Assembly: GCA_030550225.1 (NCBI GenBank)
Contig: JAUQPV010000002.1
Location: forward strand, 1-38,124
Origin: Acidobacteriota bacterium
GTDB taxonomy: Bacteria; Acidobacteriota; HRBIN11
Reading direction: 5' to 3'
DNA: 38,124 bases
The number at the start of each line of letters is the position of its first letter. Positions within the stretch are counted from its first letter, which is position 1. Below are positions 32,765-38,124 of this stretch, in pieces. The position numbers and the translations under genes are program-made. The notes below the pieces were generated by a model. The model was not told the DNA's origin and did no database searches. It saw nothing but the letters and a program-made list of their open reading frames with translations.

Positions 32765-33502
32765 ATGCGAGTCATCCCGGTCATCGACGTTCGGCATGGT
32801 ATTGTAGTCCACGCCGTCCGGGGCGACCGAATTCACTATCGGCCCGTCGTCAGCGTCCTGGCGGAGCGACCTGACCCTCTCGTCGTCGCCCGGGCATTTC
32901 GGGAGCGTCTGGGCCTTCAAGAACTCTACGTCGCCGACCTGGACGCCCTCCAGGGCGGCGACGTCCAGTGGGACGTCTTGGAACGCCTCGTCCGGGATGG
33001 GGCGACCCAGCTCATGGTCGACGCCGGTATCACGGACGTCGAGTCGGCCCGACGTCTGCTGGACGCCGGCGTCCACCGGGTCGTCGTCGGGTCGGAGACC
33101 CTGAGCGGCCCCGAAGCCCTGAGGGCCTTCAGTGCCGTGCCGCCAGACCGACGGGTCTTCAGCTTAGACTTGCGGTCCGGTCGGGTCTGGACCCGATGCC
33201 CCCGATGGGCCGACGGCTCCCCTTGGGAGGTCCTCGACGAGCTTCGGCGGACTCAATGGACGGAAGTCATCGTCCTTGACCTGGCTCGGGTCGGAACGGA
33301 GGCCGGCCCCGATACGGCTCTGCTGACCGAAGTCCGCCGCCGGTACCCCGGCCTCACCCTGCTGGCAGGCGGCGGCGTCCGACACGTCGAGGACCTCCGC
33401 ACGCTTCAGGCCCTCGGCATAGACGGCGTCCTCGTGGCAACGGCCCTCCACCGGGGTACGATCACGGCCGCCCACCTTCGGGATTTACAGATCGGCCCGT
33501 GA
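32765..33502 (+). CDS. HisA/HisF-family TIM-barrel protein (H4MPT-cluster-associated paralogue)
   Basis: MRVIPVIDVRHG start, LYVADLD, VVVGSETL and GGGVRHVEDL motifs typical of the HisA/HisF fold. Confidence 0.7.
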   Translation: MRVIPVIDVRHGIVVHAVRGDRIHYRPVVSVLAERPDPLVVARAFRERLGLQELYVADLDALQGGDVQWDVLERLVRDGATQLMVDAGITDVESARRLLDAGVHRVVVGSETLSGPEALRAFSAVPPDRRVFSLDLRSGRVWTRCPRWADGSPWEVLDELRRTQWTEVIVLDLARVGTEAGPDTALLTEVRRRYPGLTLLAGGGVRHVEDLRTLQALGIDGVLVATALHRGTITAAHLRDLQIGP

Positions 33503-33732
33503 GAATGGCGTCGGAACGACCTTTTCCATCGCCCGGGAAGCACGATGTTTCAGACAGAATGGGTGTCGGGTGTTGGGTGCTGGGTGCTCGGTATTAGGTG
33601 TTAGGTCCCTTTTTCAAGAACCCAACACCCAACACCTAACACCCAGCACCCAGCACCCAGCACCGAGCACCGATTTTTCGAGGGGTCGGAAAGGCTGAAT
33701 CCATACGGGTTTCCACGAACCGAACGGCTCTG
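33488..33732. repeat. Nested-palindromic repeat element, copy C
   Basis: CAGATCGGCCCGTGAGAATGGCGTC... to ...CCACGAACCGAACGGCTCTG. GT-heptamer arm 33561-33605, AC-heptamer arm 33620-33671. Confidence 0.85.
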
Positions 33733-33792
33733 CTAACACACAGAACCAACATCGATGATCACTGAGACTCGGCACATAGGACTCGGGACCCG

Positions 33793-34740
33793 CTATCCCA
33801 ACCCAAACGACCGCTTCAGAACGGCCGGGTCGACTTGGCCGGCCCGGAAGCTACGTCCGCTGACGACGTTTGTGACGACGACTTCCGCCGGACTGAAGAG
33901 AAGGGGGTCGGTGCGGTAAAAGTCGAAATCATAGCTTTTGAACACCTCATAAAACGGCCGCCCATAGTCGGGCGAGGCCGACGACGGCAGCCGAGGCACA
34001 AGGGCTTCCAGCTCGGCGTCGTCGGCCTGGACGGTTAAGTACACGCGACCGCCGTACAGGACAGCATCGTTCGTCCGCCCGAGGGCATGAATGTCGTCCT
34101 CGGCCGGCGGGGGGATCGGGCAGACGCCCATACCGTGCAAGACCCGTCGGACGTCAAAGCCCAGGACGTGAAGCTTGTGAAGGGCCGTCTCGACTGAGCG
34201 GGCGGCGACCTGGACGCCCCCGGTCAGGCTAGCTGTCGGAGCGACCAGCAGGGCCAGACGGGCTGGGTCGACGCCCGCCCGGTTGGCGATGAAGTCGGCG
34301 ACGTCGGCCGTCGGGAGACGTCGGGTTTCCAGACAGAGGACGGCGACATCGGCCGACTCCTGATAGCCGAGATGCTCGTAGAGTTCCGTCTCGGCCCGGA
34401 TGAGGGCTCGGGCGGGGCCGCTTCCCATCGCAAAGTAATCTCCATGCCGGACGGCCCAACCGGCGTACTGGGCGGCCAGGCAAGCCTCGGCCGGGTGGTC
34501 CGTATAGACGGTCACAGCCGGCCAAGTCATATCGCCCCAGGCCTGCCACGTGAGGGCCACGGTCCCGAGGCCGCCCATGCAGACTTCGGCCAGACGCCGG
34601 CCCGCTTCGAGGCCGCCCCGGACGTGCACGCCGCAATCCAGGACCTCCGTCCCCCCAGGGAGGACGTGAACGGCGATTCCCAGAGCCTCGGCCTCGGCGG
34701 CCATCCGCCGAACGAGGTCATAAGCCCGCCGATTCAGCAT
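33793..34740 (-). CDS. mch: Methenyltetrahydromethanopterin cyclohydrolase
   Basis: 315 aa. N-terminal LNRRAYDLVRRMAAEAEALGI...GGTEVLDCGV and EVCMGGLG blocks are typical of Mch. RBS GAGGAA lies inside the upstream MNT gene. Confidence 0.85.
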   Translation of the reverse strand: MLNRRAYDLVRRMAAEAEALGIAVHVLPGGTEVLDCGVHVRGGLEAGRRLAEVCMGGLGTVALTWQAWGDMTWPAVTVYTDHPAEACLAAQYAGWAVRHGDYFAMGSGPARALIRAETELYEHLGYQESADVAVLCLETRRLPTADVADFIANRAGVDPARLALLVAPTASLTGGVQVAARSVETALHKLHVLGFDVRRVLHGMGVCPIPPPAEDDIHALGRTNDAVLYGGRVYLTVQADDAELEALVPRLPSSASPDYGRPFYEVFKSYDFDFYRTDPLLFSPAEVVVTNVVSGRSFRAGQVDPAVLKRSFGLG

Positions 34741-35108
34741 AGGCGTTCCTCGTCATCCTTCTGGCGTATCCCCCAGACCTCGATGCCCGACTCGATCACG
34801 GCGTACCAGGTCGGCGCCTCGTGTTTCAGACGCTCCCACTCTTCCTCCGTGTATACGAACAGGTCCACCCCGACCGGGAATCCGACGGGGAGGTACTCGA
34901 CCATCCGCTCCCGGCGGGGCTTATCCGAAGAGGCGACGATCACGCACAGGTCCACGTCACTCCCGGGACGGGGCCGTCCCGTCACCCAGGAGCCGAACCA
35001 AATGACCCGGCGCACCTCAGGATGCTCGGCTCGGAGTCGGGCGACATAATCTTGGACGGCCCGGGCGATACGTTCCCGGTCAGCCGATTTGACGACGACA
35101 GAACTCAA
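34734..35108 (-). CDS. Nucleotidyltransferase-domain protein (MNT, type VII antitoxin-like)
   Basis: IWFGSWVTGRPRPGSDVDLCV (GSxxxGxxxxxSDxDL minimal nucleotidyltransferase motif). Proposed TTG start at 35108 with GGAGG 7 nt upstream. Stop overlaps the mch start. Confidence 0.75.
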   Translation of the reverse strand: MSSVVVKSADRERIARAVQDYVARLRAEHPEVRRVIWFGSWVTGRPRPGSDVDLCVIVASSDKPRRERMVEYLPVGFPVGVDLFVYTEEEWERLKHEAPTWYAVIESGIEVWGIRQKDDEERLC

Positions 35109-35469
35109 GGAGAGCCTCCGCGCAACGGATCGCTTGCTCGGCGTCTTGCCGAGTATAGAAATCTGTCGGGGCCCCCGTATCGAAACTGTTTGGGTAGCGG
35201 GTCGGGATATAGTGCTTGTCCAAGGTTCGGGCACAGTCGATCAGGTCGGGTGTCGGCCGGGCGTCCGGCGGCAAGTTCCCGATCAGAGCCGTAAGAGTGT
35301 GACCCCAGGCTTCCATCCCAAGCTTTTGGAACACAGCTTTTAAGGCCTTTTCCGCCGCCTGCTGAGCGGCGAAACAACTCCATTCAAAGTCCCCGTCTTC
35401 CAAAGCATGGCGGGCGTGGCGCAAGTCGGCCTCTGCCTGCCGGAACCAATCCGCATATCGGTTCGCCAC
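35080..35469 (-). CDS. HEPN-domain protein (type VII toxin-like RNase)
   Basis: 129 aa. Rx4H motif in CARTLDKHYIPTRYP. GTG start 35469 is preceded by GGAGGAGGA. Confidence 0.8.
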   Translation of the reverse strand: MANRYADWFRQAEADLRHARHALEDGDFEWSCFAAQQAAEKALKAVFQKLGMEAWGHTLTALIGNLPPDARPTPDLIDCARTLDKHYIPTRYPNSFDTGAPTDFYTRQDAEQAIRCAEALLEFCRRQIG

Positions 35470-35617
35470 GGTCGTCCTCCTCCGTCGACCCGCAAGGCAG
35501 GGCGCCTATTGCTTCATCCATTTTTTATTTGATGTTTGTAGTGCGGCGATTTATCGCCGCATGAAAAGCGCAATAAATTGCGTTGCTACAAACTTTGAGA
35601 TGGACAAAGCACTACGT
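35470..35617 (-). promoter_or_regulatory. AT-rich promoter/operator region of the HEPN-MNT pair, possibly also the fhcD terminator
   Basis: Locally AT-rich in a GC-rich genome. Perfect palindromes GCGGCGAT-TT-ATCGCCGC (35543-35560) and CGCAAT-AA-ATTGCG (35569-35582) are enclosed by GTTTGTAG/CTACAAAC (35534-35541/35586-35593). Confidence 0.5.
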
Positions 35618-36511
35618 TCAAAGGGTTAGCAGATCTCGAAGCCGGATCTGATAGGGGCCCAGCCGGCCGCCGTAGTTGCCGGCCGTGATGTAGCGGGCCC
35701 CGTTCTGGGCGGCCGCTTGCAGGCCCCGGCGCATGGCCTCTTCGACGGCCGCCAGGCTCAAGCCGTCGACAACGATCTCATAGGTGCAGTGGAGGCCCTG
35801 GGGGACCCGCGTGTTCGGGACAAGGCTCCGTAAGGTCGGACAGAAGGCGTCGTTGGTCGAGGCCGTCAGGAACTTATATCGGCGGGCACCGACCTTACTG
35901 CCGCTCCGGCAGATGCCCCCCGGGAAGGGTAGGATCACGCCCGGGACCGTCCGCATCGCCTGCACGGCCGCCTCGGCGGCCCGGAGGGTCGAGGTGGCGT
36001 CCGCCCCCAGGAGGATGAGGTTCCCGCCAGCAACGGCCCGGCGGATGCCCAAACGTTCCTCGACGAGGAATTCGCCGTCCATGACGGGGACCCGCCAGAA
36101 GCGCCGCCCGTCTAAGCGCTTGCTGACCTGATAGCCGTCGCCGAAGTAACGGATCTGACCGCCGACATTGATGGTCTGGTCGCTTTCCAGGCCGTTGTAA
36201 CAGGCCGTCGTGGCCGTCGTCAGGACGCACTGGCCGATGCGTTCCACCAAACGCTTGCCGAGGTCCTCGGCCCGGACGGTCAAGAGGAGGACGCTGACGC
36301 CAGGCCGTCCGTCCGGCGTTTCGTCCGGTGCCAGCTCTCGCTCGATACCGGCCTCACAGCCACAGCCGATGACGGAAGTGGCAAATCCCGTCATGGACTG
36401 AGCGGCCGCCTGAGCCCAGGCGGGTGTCTCAGCCGTGATGATGACCCGGGCGGCCCACATTTCGAAGGCCTCGGCAAACGTGTCTTCGACTTCAGCCTCG
36501 TACAACTGCAT
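35618..36511 (-). CDS. fhcD: Formylmethanofuran:tetrahydromethanopterin N-formyltransferase
   Basis: EVEDTFAEAFEMWAARVIITA N-terminal block typical of Ftr/FhcD. About 297 aa from ATG 36511. A TTG at 36544 is an alternative start. Confidence 0.85.
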   Translation of the reverse strand: MQLYEAEVEDTFAEAFEMWAARVIITAETPAWAQAAAQSMTGFATSVIGCGCEAGIERELAPDETPDGRPGVSVLLLTVRAEDLGKRLVERIGQCVLTTATTACYNGLESDQTINVGGQIRYFGDGYQVSKRLDGRRFWRVPVMDGEFLVEERLGIRRAVAGGNLILLGADATSTLRAAEAAVQAMRTVPGVILPFPGGICRSGSKVGARRYKFLTASTNDAFCPTLRSLVPNTRVPQGLHCTYEIVVDGLSLAAVEEAMRRGLQAAAQNGARYITAGNYGGRLGPYQIRLRDLLTL

Positions 36512-36565
36512 GGCGGCACTGCTCCCCACGCTGGCATAAGACAATCAGGCAGTGGGGTTGCTGAG

Positions 36566-36844
36566 CAGAGCCGTTCGGCCCATGAGAATGGCGTCAGGCC
36601 AGCCTTTTCCATCGCCCGGAAAGCACGATGTTTCAGACAGAATGGGTGTTGGGTGTTAGGTCCCTTTTTTCAAGAACCCAACGCCCAACACCCAGCACCC
36701 AACACCTAACACCCAACACCCAGCACCGAGCACCGATTTTTCGAAGGGTCGGAAAGGCTGAATCCATACGGGTTCTCACGAACCGAACGGCCCTGTTAGG
36801 GGAAAGGCCGGTCAGACGCCATTCTCACAGGCCCGGCGGCTCTG
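36566..36844. repeat. Nested-palindromic repeat element, copy D (core 36566-36795 plus an extra inverted terminal arm 36806-36844)
   Basis: CAGAGCCGTTCGGCCCATGAGAATGGCGTC... to ...CTCACGAACCGAACGGCCCTG, then GGCCGGTCAGACGCCATTCTCACAGGCCCGGCGGCTCTG, which is the complement of the 5' arm. Confidence 0.85.
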
Positions 36845-36872
36845 CCAACATCCAACGCCAAAGACCGAGACT

Positions 36873-37874
36873 TCAATCCCCTTCGACCCAGAGGCGACGG
36901 CCGTGGGGGTCTGGGGCGACGACCTCCACGGTCATCGTCTCGGCCAACGGCCGACCGTCGGGGCCGGGCCGGCGGCCGAGGGCTGTCGCCAGCTGGCGGG
37001 CCTGGTCCTCGTCGGCCGCCAGGCCGTACACGGTCGGCCCCCAGGAGCTTTGCCCCGCCCCGGCGGCGCCCAATTCAAGCAGGGCCTCGACGCATGCGGC
37101 CGAGACCGGATTGGCATAGCGTCCGCCCTGGACCGGTGCGAAGGCATCCCCCACGATTTGCTGGATCTCCGTCACGGCGTGTCCAAAGGCCCTGATGTCT
37201 TCTTCCAAGAGGGCCGGCAGGAGGCGCAAGAGGACGAGGCGGCACAGCCGTCCGACGGTCCCGGCATCCATCGAGACCCGTCGGGCAAAGGCCTCTTCCT
37301 CGACGTCGCCGTGAATGCCCCGCGCCTCCCGGGGGATCAGTAGGACGAAGCGCCACGCCGGCGGCAAGGCATATCGACCCAGCAGGGGGGCCAGCCCGGC
37401 GTCGGTCCCGTCCGTACGGCGGCCGCCCTCCAATACGAGACCCCCGTATAGATACGTCCAGGTCCCGACGCCCGACCGACGGCCGCGGCCGGCCAAGCGG
37501 CAGAGCTCGACGGCCGTCAAGTCCCATCCAACCATGTGGGCCAGGGCCTCGACGACGGCCAGGTGAAGCTGGGTGCCAGACCCCAGACCGACATGGGCCG
37601 GGATGGCTTGATGAACCTCGATAGCGGCGCCCGGCGGCGTCAGCCGACCGGCCACCCGAGCCGCCTCGAAAAACCGCTCGGCGATAGCCCGGACCCGCTC
37701 TGCCCAGGGCCCACGGACCGTGAGGTCGGACGCCGGCCGGACTGCCACCCGAACGACGGGCCGCTCGACGGCGACCCCCAGACCCCCAAAACGTCGACCC
37801 AGGCCACCTTCCAAGTCCAGCATCCCCAGATGCAAGCGGGCGGGTGCCTGGACCCAAATCGTCCCCTCGGTCAT
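36873..37874 (-). CDS. mptG: Beta-ribofuranosylaminobenzene 5'-phosphate synthase (GHMP-kinase fold)
   Basis: ARLHLGMLDLEGGLGRRFGGLGVAV N-terminal signature. 333 aa. Start overlaps the upstream stop (ATGA). Confidence 0.8.
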   Translation of the reverse strand: MTEGTIWVQAPARLHLGMLDLEGGLGRRFGGLGVAVERPVVRVAVRPASDLTVRGPWAERVRAIAERFFEAARVAGRLTPPGAAIEVHQAIPAHVGLGSGTQLHLAVVEALAHMVGWDLTAVELCRLAGRGRRSGVGTWTYLYGGLVLEGGRRTDGTDAGLAPLLGRYALPPAWRFVLLIPREARGIHGDVEEEAFARRVSMDAGTVGRLCRLVLLRLLPALLEEDIRAFGHAVTEIQQIVGDAFAPVQGGRYANPVSAACVEALLELGAAGAGQSSWGPTVYGLAADEDQARQLATALGRRPGPDGRPLAETMTVEVVAPDPHGRRLWVEGD

Positions 37875-38122
37875 AGCGGTCGTTCCGATGAGGCCTGCGT
37901 CGCGGCCGCCCGTTGCACATACTCGGTCAGGAGGTCCATGGCCGCGTGTTCCCGAGGTCCGCCCGTCTTGTCAACGATGACCCGGAGCCGCTTCCACTCG
38001 GCCAGGATGTCGTCCATCGGTAAGAGGCGGACCCGAGTCGCCAGGATGGCCGCCTCGATGACGGCCGCCTGTGCCCGATTATAGCCGATGAACTCCCGTT
38101 GGAACCCGGCGTAGACGACCCG
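37871..38122 (-). CDS. 3' part of an unidentified gene co-transcribed with mptG (partial, runs off the window)
   Basis: My own translation of the minus strand: ...RVVYAGFQREFIGYNRAQAAVIEAAILATRVRLLPMDDILAEWKRLRVIVDKTGGPREHAAMDLLTEYVQRAAATQASSERPL*. TGA at 37873-37871 overlaps the mptG ATG. Not in the ORF track because it lacks an in-window start. Confidence 0.5.
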   Translation of the reverse strand, partial: RVVYAGFQREFIGYNRAQAAVIEAAILATRVRLLPMDDILAEWKRLRVIVDKTGGPREHAAMDLLTEYVQRAAATQASSERPL

Positions 38123-38124
38123 GC

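Noticed and set aside
35534-35593. Integron attC site next to the TA cassette
   Set aside because: The outer repeats GTTTGTAG/CTACAAAC do not fit the RYYYAAC...GTTRRRY core sites. No integrase or neighbouring cassettes are visible.

Overview
GC-rich (about two-thirds G+C by eye) bacterial chromosomal window. An outer-membrane barrel gene and periplasmic binding and hydrolase genes suggest a diderm organism. There are three gene blocks. (1) 0-9.1 kb, + strand: a [NiFe]-hydrogenase maturation operon: endopeptidase, hypC, hypD, a PurN-type formyltransferase-like gene, a crotonase gene, hypE, hypA, hypB, hypF. The formyltransferase and crotonase genes together look like a HypX enzyme split into two polypeptides. 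(2) 9.4-28 kb: a cNMP-binding/FHA signalling protein, then a 12-gene minus-strand uptake and catabolic cluster (SDR, Liv-type ABC importer, outer-membrane barrel, exported cyclase-family hydrolase, ALDH, Zn-ADH, HpaB/AbfD-family enzyme, acyl-CoA synthetase). A yjbQ / FAD-dehydrogenase / ThDP-enzyme unit is transcribed divergently from it. (3) 28-38 kb: prmC, a membrane-anchored Hanks-type pseudokinase, an LplA-like ligase, and tetrahydromethanopterin/methanofuran-linked C1 genes (ATP-grasp ligase, HisA/HisF-like, mch, ftr/fhcD, mptG). This block is interrupted by a HEPN-MNT toxin-antitoxin pair. Overlaid on all three blocks is an unusual repeat landscape. Four copies of a 215-280 bp nested-palindromic element have a core made of heptamer microsatellites. 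Many other intergenic spacers contain hairpins whose arms are degenerate tandem 7- or 8-nt words. I saw no rRNA, tRNA, CRISPR array, transposase or integrase. All protein calls come from motif recognition on the supplied translations; no database search was possible. Lineage cannot be assigned from sequence alone.
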